From positions 1,426,001 to 1,490,000 of the forward strand of contig OZ251238.1 in assembly GCA_965240325.2 (NCBI GenBank): a stretch of DNA of 64,000 nt, in the 5' to 3' direction. Shown in pieces: positions 30,779 through 41,294 of this stretch. How positions within the stretch are numbered: the stretch's first letter is position 1; the number at the start of each line of letters is the position of its first letter. A model generated the notes under the pieces. That model did not search any database and was not told the DNA's origin. It saw nothing but the letters and a program-made list of their open reading frames with translations. This DNA is from Rebecca billardiae RCC1528. Taxonomy: Eukaryota; Protista; Haptophyta. Both the position numbers and the translations under genes were made by a program.

Positions 30779-32049
30779 AACCGGCCCTGCGCGCCGGATT
30801 TCGATGGGCGCGGCCTGCTCAATGCGCTGCCGACACCGACGACCGACGTGAGTTATTTTCACGGATCCGGCGCGTCTCGGACTCGGTCACTGCGTCAATG
30901 ACGATGAGGGCCACGCAGCCGAGACGCGTATGACATCAATACATACGTCGTCATATATCTACTAGCGGTAGCGTATACTGCGACGAACAATCGCGACGCC
31001 TGCGCTCTCACGTGCGCTATATATATAGCTGCATGCGCGCGTATAATAGACGCGCTAGACTCGGCCGATCGCCCAGATGCGCGCGCGTACTGCGTCTAGC
31101 TAAGCGCCGATTCGGACTGATCGTCCGGTCATCATCAGCAAGTCGGCAGGCTTAGGCTAACCTTAGGGCTTACTGGGCTTAGGCAGCGCGAACGGTAGTG
31201 ACTAGTGTGACTCGGACTCTGACTGAGTGACCGTCGTGGGCGTGATATGGCCTAGCAGTAGCTATCAGCCAGGCTCAGGCTGAGTGTACTACTGCGGACG
31301 CAGAGTGGACGACTCATCATGCCGGACAATTATATATGCGCTGTTGGCGTTGCTGTCGTGACGATAGACTGGGCGCGCGTCCGCCCGACGCCAGCAGGGC
31401 TCATCAGTCGATCATCGCGATCATCCGCCACTCATCCGACCGGATCATATCCGAGTCGATCATCGTCATTGCGGCGGGCCCGAGCGGCCGAGCAGCACGG
31501 CAGCGTAGGTAGGGAGTGGCAGCAGGCACGGCGCAGCCGCAGCCGACTGCCGAGCCGCCGGGCGCCGGGCGGGCACTGCATCATGCTATAGTTTGCTACT
31601 GCTACTACTAGCCAGCGCTACAGCATTGAGCAGTCGGATGTCATCAGCAGCATTATAATATATATATATAACTATATATATATATTAATATGCTCGATGA
31701 TGACGCCGATGACCGTCGTACTGTATAGCTCTTCCGTCTTCGGCGGCGCGGCGCGGCTGACTTCATTCTTCAACTTGCTACTGACGAGGAAGTTTGCAGC
31801 GTGAGCATAACGCGGGCTCCATCCGCGCCAGCGACCGCGTCTCAGCACGCGCACGGTCCGAGCAGCCCCGCGGCACGCCGCCGGCGCCGGCAGCAGCACA
31901 GTGCGGCTTCCGCCGCGCCGCGCCGCGCGCGCGGATGCAAGCGGCAGAGCGCGGGCGGCTGCGCCGCTGAGCCCGGCGCTGCCCTCAGCCCGCGGGGTCC
32001 GGTGCCGCCCTGTCCAGTCCTGTGGACATCGCCGTGTTTGCGAAGCGGC

Positions 32050-32670
32050 AGCCGGCCGCGTCGATCGGGCGCACGTGGAGCTGCAGCGCGTGGCCGTGGC
32101 GGCGGACGCGCGCGCCGCGCCGCTGCTGCGCGCGCTCAAGCTGTGGGCGCGCCGCCGCCGGCTGAGCGACGCGTCGCGGGGCAATCTCGGCTCGATCTCG
32201 CACGGCGTGATCGCTATCTCGTTCCTGCGGAGCGGCGGCGGGAGCGGCGCGGCGGGGTCCGGGCACGCGGCTGTGCTGCTCGGCTTCTTCGAGTGGGCGC
32301 TGCTCCGCCTCGCCCTCCCCACGCCCGCGCACGACGGCGGCGGCGCCGGCAGCGGCCCGGCGCCGGCGCGGCGCCGGCGGCAGCGGTGCGCCAGGGCCGC
32401 GAGCTTATGCGTGCACGCGCCGCCGGCGCGCGTCGCCGACGCCGACGCGTCGGTGCTGGCGGCCCCGCCGGGCACGCCGTCTGACTCGGCGCTGCGCCCA
32501 CCGCCGCACGTCGCCGACCCCGCCGCGGGCGGCGGCGCGCGCAATCTCGCCGAGGGAGATGGCCGCGATCTCGCGCCCAATCTCGCGCGCTCGCTCACGC
32601 CGCAGCGCTGGGCGGCGCTTGCCCAGGAGTGGTGGCGCGCGCGCGCGCTGCTGCGCGGCGCGCTGGGCGG
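32050..32670 (+). pseudogene. Fragment resembling the PAP-associated (C-terminal) half of Cid1/TUTase nucleotidyltransferases
   Basis: LLRALKLWARRRRLSDASRGNLGS, LLGFFEW, HVADP and NLARSL. No ATG start and no DxD catalytic domain found upstream. Boundaries approximate. Confidence 0.45.
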
Positions 32671-33500
32671 CGGCGGCGGCGGTGGCGTGGATGAGGAGGG
32701 CGTACGTGTCGGTGCCGTGGGCGCGAGGGCTGGTTCGAGAGCGTGCTCTGCGCACCCGCCACGCCGCGCGTCCGACCGCCGCGCGCCAAGCCGCGCCGCC
32801 GGCCCGCCAAGCCGCGCCGCCACACGCCCGGCCGGGGGCCCCTCCCCGCAGCAGCGGCGGCGACGGCAGCCGCGGCAGGCTTCGACGGCGATGGCGGCGC
32901 CAAGCGACGCAGGAGACGGTGGTGACGCGTGCCTCCCTCGCCGACGAGGACGAGGGCCAGCGCGCGCGCCCTCTGCGCACGCGGGCGGCACTGTGGACGC
33001 TCCAGCGGCCCGTGCGCGCCGCCGCGCGTCGCGCGGCTGAGGGCGGCGCGCTTATGCCAGGCGTGCCGCAACGGAGCAGCAGCCGGCACCTGGCCCGCGG
33101 CAAGGCGCAGCGGCGCCTCTTGCGCTCGGTGGCTGCGCGAGGACGTGCGCGCGGCCGCTGCGCAGCGCCTGCGCGGTGCAAAGCCGCCTCGTCGCTGCGC
33201 GCTCACACGGGAGTCAGCAACGCGACCCGTGAGACGGTGGCGCCAGCGTATTCGCCCGTGCCGATATGTACATCACACAGTAGCCGACTCCGACGCGCAA
33301 GCTGCCGCGTGGCGGTGATGGTGATCACCGCCCTTGCTCCCGAGCATACTGTAGGGGCAGACAGACGGACGTCTGCCATCGCAGTGGCGACGTTTGGAGC
33401 GCTTCGTCAGTCGAACGGCGCGGACGCCGGACGGCGCGATTTCTGCTGCGAATCGCTTCATCAATTTCGAGCTGCGTATCATTCTTCTGGCGCCGCACGC

Positions 33501-35123
33501 ATGGCCCACGGCACCTCGCGCGTCTCGGCTGCACGCGCGGCCCCGCTGCTCGTGCTCGCGCTCGCGTGCGTGCCCGCGCCGCTCCTCGCCCTGCCGCTCG
33601 GCGATGTGGCGGCTGCGCGCTCGGCGCACACGCGTCACGCGCGAGCGCGCGCCCTGCTCGCAGCGGCCGCGGCTGACGAGCTGCACGACGGCACGGCCGC
33701 GGCGGCGTGCGATGGCGGCGCGTGCGAGACGAATGCGACGGCCGCCTCCACGCCCCAGGACGAGGCGAATGCATCTAACAACAACACCGAGCACGCGGCC
33801 GCGCCTGCCATGCCGCCGCTGCCCAATGGCACGGCGCGCGAGCCGAGCGCCCCCGCGGCTGCAGACGAGACGCTGCCGACGGAGGGCGATGCGGGCGAGC
33901 CCGAGGCGCACGACGAGCGGCTGGAGACGGCGCTGTGCCTCCAGCGCATCGGCCGCGAGGACAAGCACTTCCTCCGCTCGCCAGAGACGGTGCTCGAGAA
34001 GCTCGGCCTTGCGGCGGTGGTGCTCCTGGCCGCGGCGGGCGCGGCGTTCATGGGGGCCCTGGTGGCCAGGGCGCATCGCGGCGGCGGCTGGGCGCATTCC
34101 AAGAAGGCGGCGTTGATGCTCGGCGGCGCCCTGCTCGCAACCACCGACGGCGTGACGGACGTGCTGCTCGCGACCGAGTGGTACCGCTGCAGCCACCACG
34201 GCTGGGCGGCGATCGCGCTCGGCTGCGTCGGGCTGAACACGCTGGCGGCGCTCGGCTTGGGCGCGTTGGGGGGCTTCATCATTGGCAGGGCCCCGAGCTG
34301 CAGCGAGCGCGCCGGCGCGGCCGTGACGAGCGTGCTGCAGCTCGGCGCCGTGCACGCGGCGGTGGTGCGCGTGTGGCGCGGCGAGCACGTCGACCCAAAG
34401 AAGGCAGAGCATGTGCTCCGCCTCAAGCAGTTGGAGGTGGTGCTCGAGGCGGCGCCGCAGGTGTTCGTGCAGGGGTACGTGCTGCTGTGGCTGGGCGCGG
34501 AGCGCGCGTCGGCGCTGTCGTGGGTCTCGCTCGCCGTCTCCGTCGCGGGCATGAGCCTCCTGCTCGGCGACGTCCACGCCGACGATATGCGCCGCGCTGA
34601 CTATCCCGGCGCGCGCGACAGCAGCGGGGGGGACGGCGGCGGCGCGGTGTGGGCGGCGCGCGCGCTCGGTCCGCTCGGCGTGGTGAGCCGCGCGCTGCCG
34701 ATCGCGCTGTTCGGCTGCGCTTTCGGCAACTGGCTGGCGCTGGCGCTGCTCGGCGCGTTCGCCGTGCTCGTCGCCCTCGCGCGCTTCGCGCTGAAGCGCG
34801 GGGTCGGGAGCGTGTGTGGGGCGTGGATCATGGCAGGTATCGCCTCCTTCCTCTACTACGCGGCCACGCCCCTTGTTATGCTGGAGGGCACCACCAGCGC
34901 GCGCGGCGAGGCGCGCATCGTCGCGTGGACGGCGGCGGTCGAGCTCGCGCTCGGCGCCGCCGCGCTCGGCGCGCCGTCGCCCTGGCGCGCCGCGCAGCCC
35001 ACCGGCTTGCTGGTGGGCGCCGCGTGTCTGCTTGGCGTGTGCTGGCTGGGCCGGCTGGGCGCAGCCGCCGTGCTGCTGCGCGCCAAGGCGGACAAGCAGA
35101 GCGAGGCGCTGGCGCTGCTCTGA
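33501..35123 (+). CDS. XK-related multi-pass membrane protein, paralogue 2
   Basis: Colinear with 18645-20210 and shares long identical stretches such as HDERLETALCLQRIGREDKH and EAAPQVFVQGYVLLWLG. Confidence 0.78.
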   Translation: MAHGTSRVSAARAAPLLVLALACVPAPLLALPLGDVAAARSAHTRHARARALLAAAAADELHDGTAAAACDGGACETNATAASTPQDEANASNNNTEHAAAPAMPPLPNGTAREPSAPAAADETLPTEGDAGEPEAHDERLETALCLQRIGREDKHFLRSPETVLEKLGLAAVVLLAAAGAAFMGALVARAHRGGGWAHSKKAALMLGGALLATTDGVTDVLLATEWYRCSHHGWAAIALGCVGLNTLAALGLGALGGFIIGRAPSCSERAGAAVTSVLQLGAVHAAVVRVWRGEHVDPKKAEHVLRLKQLEVVLEAAPQVFVQGYVLLWLGAERASALSWVSLAVSVAGMSLLLGDVHADDMRRADYPGARDSSGGDGGGAVWAARALGPLGVVSRALPIALFGCAFGNWLALALLGAFAVLVALARFALKRGVGSVCGAWIMAGIASFLYYAATPLVMLEGTTSARGEARIVAWTAAVELALGAAALGAPSPWRAAQPTGLLVGAACLLGVCWLGRLGAAAVLLRAKADKQSEALALL

Positions 35124-35306
35124 GCGTGCGCGCACATGCATCATCGTCAGACGATAGATCGATAGACGATCGAGAGCAGAGGGATCGAGATCATCAGGTC
35201 ATATGAGATCAATGTCGTAGCAGTTAGTCGTCGCGCGTAGCAGTATATCTAGATTCTAGACCTAATGTAACTAGCGTATTAATAAATTTAATCAGTATAT
35301 ATATAA

Positions 35307-37941
35307 CACAGTGCAGGATTGGAATTTTCCGTGACGCTTCGGACGGTCCGCAGCTCGAGTCAGCGAATCCGGTCTCGGCCGGACAGTGGAACTCGGGTGG
35401 AAGCCGCGACTTCGCGGCGGACGGAGCCTCAAACGAGCGGTGCCTCGGCTCGCGGCGCGATCTACTCGGCGAAGACCGACGAGGCTGCTCGCGGGCCCGA
35501 CTATGCGTCGACGCGGGCTGGGGTCGTCTTCCGCGTGGCGCTGGGCAAGTTCCTCGCCGCCCTGACGGGTGCTCTCCTTTCGCCCTCACGGCGCGCGCGG
35601 TGCGTTTCGCGAGCTTCTTGCATGCGCCGCCCGCGGTTGCGCCCGAGCCTGATGCTTCAGTCGACACGGCAGGTGGCTCGCGCAGGGTGGGATTGTGTGC
35701 GGGTGCCGCTGGCGGTGCGTCTCACCCTCCTGAAATTGTGTGGGAGGCTGTGACATTGCACGCGTACACCCCGCCACGCCCGCGGCCCGCCCGCGCAAAC
35801 GCCGCGCCGCGCAGTTGTCTTTGACCTCGAGCGAGCCTGAGGCGTGGAGGCGACCGACGGCGGGGTGCGACTTGCCCACCGACCCGAGCCGCATCACCCA
35901 GCGCAGCCTCGCCCGCGACGACGCTTCGCCTGGCTGCCACTGCTCAGCCGCGTGCAAGGCGGGCTGGGCGACGTCTTCATGCCGAGCGCGGCTGCAGCGC
36001 AGCACGCGAGAGGCTGGAGCGCCATGACGCGGATGGCGGAGCGGGCTTTGGGCTGGCTGGCATGAGCCGCCAGGCTGTACCGTCCGCGCAGATCGCGCTC
36101 GGCCCGGCCGCAGCCCTCCTGAGCGCGCGCCTCAGAGCTGAGACTGATCACGTGCACGCGCACAAGCCACACTGCCGTGGCTGTGTCGAGCAGCTGCGTG
36201 TGCTCGAGGCGCGGCGCTCGCACGGGCCACGCGGGCGCAGCGGGTGCGCGCAGCTGGCGCACGCAGTGCCACGTCCTGCCGCGCCAGTTTGGCGGCCGTC
36301 CGCCCCCCCGAGCTCGAGTTCTGCGCGCTTTGCGACCGCGCGGCCGGCCGCGCCCATCTTCATGCTTGGGCACGCCAGCATGGCCGCCGCCGGGCCTGCT
36401 GCGCGCGCCGAAGCTGGAGGGCGGAGGAGGGCGCTGGGCTGCTCCTACGGCGTGCTGCAGCCCGGGCAGGCTTTTCCGCGGCGCGGCGAGGCCGTCGCGC
36501 CTGCTCGCCGCCGTCGAGTCGCCCGTGCTGAGTGACCGTCGGCCGCATGTGCTCGGCGGCACCGCAGGCAGGCGTCCCATACCAGTGTGCTCGAGCCGCT
36601 GCGCGCACCCAAGGCGAGCTGCTCGAGCGGGCTAGGTGGGCCCACGGAGTGCGCGCAGCTGGCGCACGCAGCCCCGCGTCATGGGGTGTCGGTTTGACGG
36701 TCGCCAGCCCCCGTGGGCTCGAGCTCTGTGCGCTTCACCACGGAGGTGCCGACGGCGCCCCGCGGCGCGCAACGGCGTGGCAGCATGGCCGCCGCCGGCG
36801 CCGCCGCACATGCCGCCGCTTACGGGCAGTCGAGAGCTTGGGGCAGCACCTACGGCATGCTGCAGCTCGGGCGGGCTCTGCCAGCCTGCTGTGGCGTGAT
36901 CGCGCATTTTCCAGACCGTCGACTCGCCCGCGCTGCATATTTGTTTGCTGCGCGTGCTCGACGGCGCCGCTGCTGCCGCTACGGCCGCGCGTTGCTGCGT
37001 CGCGAGCGAGCCCGATGCGAGCTGAACGGCGGCGTGCTCATCGCTGCTGGCGCAGATGGGCGCGTCATGGTGGCCACGCACGATGCTGAGTGCTCGCGCG
37101 TGCCAGACGAGGCGCGTGCTCGCGCTGTGGCTCAATGTCCGGCAGTGCGCGTGGCAGGCCGCAGCTGCTCGACCACAGAACCAGCGGGCAGTGATCGGGC
37201 TGCGCGCGCGCAGCTGATGGCGGCGAACGAGCGAGCCCGCACCGCCGCGCAAGGGCTGGGCGACTGGCGCCGAGGTGGCGCGCACGTCGTCCGCTGCCGT
37301 TGGCATCGCGGCGGACGCTTCAAGCTCGTTCGGCCGGCGTGTTTTCTCCGACGCCCACCTGCGAGCGCTGCCGGCACCGTGCTCGGGCGTCAGTATCGGT
37401 GGGCTCGAGCACGCGTGGTGAGGCGCTCGGAGCGGTCGACGGCTATGATCGGGCAGCGCACGGTGGGCGCAGGCCACGCGCACGCCAGCGCCCCGCGTGG
37501 CGTGGCTTCACGGGGCGCAGCCACCAGGAGACTGTGCTGCGACGAGCTCGGGCGCGCTCGGGCGCCGCTGCTCTGCATTTTCCCGAAAAATCGGTTTTCG
37601 TGCCCTCGACCGGCGGTATGCCGCCGGGGTGGCCGCAGCTGCGCTCGGAGCAGCGCGCACGGGCACCGCCGTGTGCGCCCGCCCGCTTTCGCCGCCGCCG
37701 AGCTCGAGCACAGCGCTGCGCGGGGCTGCGTAATGCCAACGGCGCATGATTTTTTGCCCGCGCCGAGCGCGCGTCGGCGCGCGCAGCGCGCTCAGGTGTG
37801 GCCTGCTACCAAGGTCTGTGCCACGATTCGACGCGCCTATGGTGCGCCGAATTTAGGCGCACCGCTTCAGAATTGTCCGATGATTCGACTAGTGGTGCGG
37901 ACAACTTAAAACGTCACCCTGAGCAGTTTTCCGGCACTGTG
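35307..37941. mobile_element. Non-autonomous/decayed DNA transposon with CACAGTG-initiated imperfect TIRs
   Basis: Left end CACAGTGCAGGA; right end reverse-complemented CACAGTGCCGGA. GTGACG sits at offset 25 on both ends and GTCCGCA at offset about 40. AA on both flanks, AT-rich insertion site, no intact ORF. Confidence 0.7.
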
Positions 37942-38221
37942 AAATTATTACTATAATAATAATACTATATACTCTATAGTATAGTCATCGCGCATATATT
38001 CAATCTGCTGCTGTAGGATTATATATATATATATATATTATATATAATACATATATATATATATATTATATATGATGATCCGAGCACGGGTGCATGACCT
38101 GCAGCAGCATGGAGTAGATGCGTTCATCCGAGTTCAACAGCAGCAGTCCGGGGCCCACGCGCCCACGGCGCCCACGCGCCTTGGGCATCTATCATAGCGC
38201 CTGGCAGTGGCAGGTCCGAGC

Positions 38222-39601
38222 CTACGGGATGCGCTCGCCGATCTCGCCCTCGCCGTCCCAGTCCTTGCCGACGCGCTCGCTCGCGAAGATGGGCAGCCGG
38301 TTGCGCATGTGCACGCGGTCGATCTCCCACAGCACGTCCACGGGCAGCCCGCGCCGCCCCTTGCCCGAGGCGCCGAACGCGCCGAGGTTCTGCTCGAGCT
38401 GCTCGGGGCTGGTGCAGCCGACGAGGCTCGAGGTGACGAGATCGCGATCTCGGCTCCAGCGGAGCGCGAGCTCGGCGAGCGGCATGCCGGCGCGCTTGGC
38501 GATGCGCGCGTACTCGCGCGTCGCCGCGCCCGCCGGCCCCGAGCGGTACCGGTACAGCGTGCGGCCCCAGCCGTACTCGTCCATCCGGCCACGCGGGCTG
38601 CCGAGCCTCCGCCGCGCCTCGGCCTCGTTGGCGTTGTCGACCGCCGCCGGCTCGTCGAGGTACTTGCCGGTGAGCATGCCGCCGGCGAGGACGTTGTACG
38701 CGAAGAAGCCGGCGTTGAGGTGGCGCGGCGACGACGCCTCGCTCACGCCGTTCTCCTCCGCCCGCCGGTCGAGCAGCGAGAAGTCGTTCTCCATCACCGA
38801 GGGTCCGGGCACGCCCAGCTGGCGCGCGGCCGCGGCGGTTAGGCAGAGCCCAACCGCGTTGTCGTTGCACATGCCGTACGCGCGGATCTTGCCCTGCTGC
38901 ACGAGGCCGCCCATCGTCCTGGCGAGCTCCTCGAACGACGCGCCGTTCTGGTACCACGGCATCCCCTCCATGTCGCGGTGGTACATCAGCGACTGCCCCC
39001 AGTTGGACTGGGGTGTGTACCGCGCCGGCCAGTGCAGCAAATACACGTCGAGATAGTTGGTCTGCAGCCGGCGCAGCGAGCCGTCGAGGTCGCGCACGAT
39101 GTTCTTGGGCGTGACGTTCGCGCCGCCGGTGATCTTCGACGCGAGCACCAGCTTCTCCCGCCGCCCTTTTCCCTTCGCCGCCCACCGCCCGATGATCTCT
39201 TCGGTCAGGCCCTCCGGCTTGCCCTCGCGGTCGTCGCTCGGGATCGGGTACTGCTCGGCGGTGTCGACGAGGTTGACGCCGGCGTCGACGGCGCGGTCGA
39301 GCATGGCGTGGCATAGCGCCTCGTCCGGCGCGTTGAAGTCGGTCGAGCCCCAGCGCTGCGTGCCCAGGCCCATCTCCGAGACGGCGATGTCGGTGCCGCC
39401 CAGCCGGCGCAGCCGCATGCCGCCCGACTCGCTCACGACCTCGTTGGTCCGGCGCGGCGCGGCGGCTGAGGCGCGGGAGGGCCAGGGGAGCCAGCTCCCG
39501 GCGAGCACGCTCGTCTGCACCGCCGCGCGCCGCGTGAGCGCCGGCTGCGCGCCGCGGGCCGCGGCCGTAATCAGCAGCGGGATGAACGCGGAAGCCGGCA
39601 T
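38222..39601 (-). CDS. Aldo-keto reductase, Tas-like, with N-terminal targeting peptide
   Basis: LGGTDIAVSEMGLGT, NLVDTAEQYPIP, LASK, YLDVYLLHWPARY, GKIRAYGMCN and LAGGMLTGKY. Confidence 0.93.
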   Translation of the reverse strand: MPASAFIPLLITAAARGAQPALTRRAAVQTSVLAGSWLPWPSRASAAAPRRTNEVVSESGGMRLRRLGGTDIAVSEMGLGTQRWGSTDFNAPDEALCHAMLDRAVDAGVNLVDTAEQYPIPSDDREGKPEGLTEEIIGRWAAKGKGRREKLVLASKITGGANVTPKNIVRDLDGSLRRLQTNYLDVYLLHWPARYTPQSNWGQSLMYHRDMEGMPWYQNGASFEELARTMGGLVQQGKIRAYGMCNDNAVGLCLTAAAARQLGVPGPSVMENDFSLLDRRAEENGVSEASSPRHLNAGFFAYNVLAGGMLTGKYLDEPAAVDNANEAEARRRLGSPRGRMDEYGWGRTLYRYRSGPAGAATREYARIAKRAGMPLAELALRWSRDRDLVTSSLVGCTSPEQLEQNLGAFGASGKGRRGLPVDVLWEIDRVHMRNRLPIFASERVGKDWDGEGEIGERIP

Positions 39602-39919
39602 CGTCTCCGCTCGGCGCTCGCGTGCGACGCCCGCGCCAGCGGAAAAGCTAGCTGGGAAAATCGTAAATCTAGCAGCGATTTTTCGTCGTCGACGACGAAA
39701 AATGTGCGGAACGATGGCGTCGCGACCGTTCAGCCAAGCCCAAGCCCAACAAGTCACCCGTCGCCCGCGCCGCGGGGCTCCCGCCCCGGTGCCACTGGCA
39801 ATGGCATCTGCCATGCGCAGCGGCGCTCGCACGGCGGCGGCCGCCTCCTCACAACACGACGAAGGAGGCTGGCCGCCGCCGCGCGCGCATGCCGGGGCGT
39901 CGCGAGCCATCAAGGCTCG

Positions 39920-39972
39920 CGAAACGTCAGCGCGCACCGCGCCCAAAGGTGTGGCGGTGGCGCGTCATTTCG
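39920..39972 (-). promoter_or_regulatory. Candidate SECIS element in the 3'UTR of the PDI-like selenoprotein
   Basis: Minus strand reads cgaa-ATGA-cgcgccaccgc-cacacctttgggc-gcggtgcgcgc-TGAC-gtttcg. It has an AUGA/GA core, a paired upper stem and a lower stem, but lacks the apical AA. Confidence 0.65.
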
Positions 39973-40053
39973 GGGCCCCGCGGGGCGGGCGGCGGGCGGG
40001 TGGGCTTGGGGCGTGGCCGCGGCGCGCCGGCCATCAGGCGGGCCGCGGCGCGC

Positions 40054-41164
40054 TCACAGCTCGTCCTTGCTGCCGGCAGCGCCCTCCGCCTTGGCGAGCT
40101 GCTTCAGGATGCCCACGCGCTGCGAGAGCCACTCCTGAAGCTCTGGCTTCATCTTGCCTGCGCTCTGCGCCGGCCGGGGGCGCACGCGCGGCGCGGCGGA
40201 GGCGCGGCGCGCGGCGGAGGCGCGGCGGCGCGCGGCGCAAGGGGCGCGTGGCATGGGCGCGGCGCGAAGGGCGCGCGTGGCGGCGGCGGCGAGGCGGCGA
40301 GCGCGCTTGGGCGCGCAGGGCCGCGGCGAGGAGGCGGCGAGGCGCGCGCGCGCGCGGCGGCAGCAGCGTCGGCGCAGCGCTGCGCAGCGCAGCACACAGC
40401 ACACCTTCATCTTACTCAGCCGCGCGAGCTCGGCGCCGACCACGCTCGGGTCGTCCGCCATCTTGGCGCGCCAGGTGTCGGTGAACTTGAGCTCCTTCTC
40501 CGAGCACCCCTCGCCCGTGCCGACCGCGCAGAGCGCCGTCTCGCCCGCCTCGCACACGTACTCCACCATCGCGCTCGGCTGGCCGAGCTCGTCGCAAATC
40601 TTTTGCGACGTTTTCTGCTGGTACGGCCTCCCGCCGTAGCCGGTCTCCTTGTTGAAGTACCGGTGGGTGGGCCAGCCGCCGCGGCCGGCGGCGAAGTCGG
40701 CGCCGTGCGCCTCGGTCACGCGGTCGTCCTGCAGGTTGATGTCGCCGAAGGCGACGTCCGTGTTGTTCTCGAAGAGCTTGGTCGCCGCGTTCCACGCCGG
40801 CGCCTGCTTTACTCATCAGCCTCAGCCTGACGAGGCGATGATGCGGACGAAGAGCGTCTGCGAGCGCCGCGCGCGCACGAGAGAGAGCGGGCGCCCGCTC
40901 AGCACGGGGCTTCCCGCCAGGAGACGAGCCGGGCCTCCGCAGAAGATCGCCCCGTCCTCAACGGCGGTGCCGAGGAGGCGGGGGGCGTCGACACGGAGCG
41001 GCGCGATGACGCGCGCGCGCCGCGCAGGCGCGCACCTTGTCCGCGTCGACGGTGTCCTTGATCACGCTCTCGACGTTGTCAGACGTGAGCTTCGTCACGC
41101 GGTCCCAGTGCCCGTCATCGTAGATCCCCGCGAGGAGCGCGGTGACGAGGAGAGCGCCCGCCAT
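40054..41164 (-). CDS. ER thioredoxin/PDI-like selenoprotein with GUGUU motif and KDEL; exons 41164-41036, 40857-40405, 40164-40054 (about 230 aa)
   Basis: Signal peptide, VTKLTSDN, then after the intron TLFVRIIASSG-TGA-G-TGA-TGA-VKQAPAW at the WCGHC position. FGDINL and GWPT follow; C-terminal KDEL; SECIS-like hairpin downstream. Confidence 0.88.
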
Positions 41165-41294
41165 GTCAGCCAGGCAGCCAGCCAACCCGCCAAGCTCCGC
41201 CAGCCTCCGCGCTCGACGGGCGAGGCCTGTTGATCTCGTCACTGGAACGCTCATGAACTCGCCCGGACTCGTCCGGGCTCATTTTTGAGCCGAT

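Noticed and set aside
35307-35345. True V(D)J recombination signal sequence
   Set aside because: The heptamer is present, but there is no ACAAAAACC nonamer at 12 or 23 bp and no RAG-like ORF.
37841-37863. 8-bp hairpin GGTGCGCC/GGCGCACC as a terminator
   Set aside because: Short and GC-rich, so plausible by chance. It lies within the subterminal region of the transposon.
38222-39601. Tas-like AKR as a member of the cyclitol cluster
   Set aside because: It is over 7 kb away, beyond the XK paralogue and a transposon, and belongs to a widespread subfamily. There is no evidence of linkage.
40813-40824. Pseudogene with three nonsense codons
   Set aside because: All three stops are TGA at the redox motif, the rest of the gene is intact, and a SECIS-like hairpin follows.
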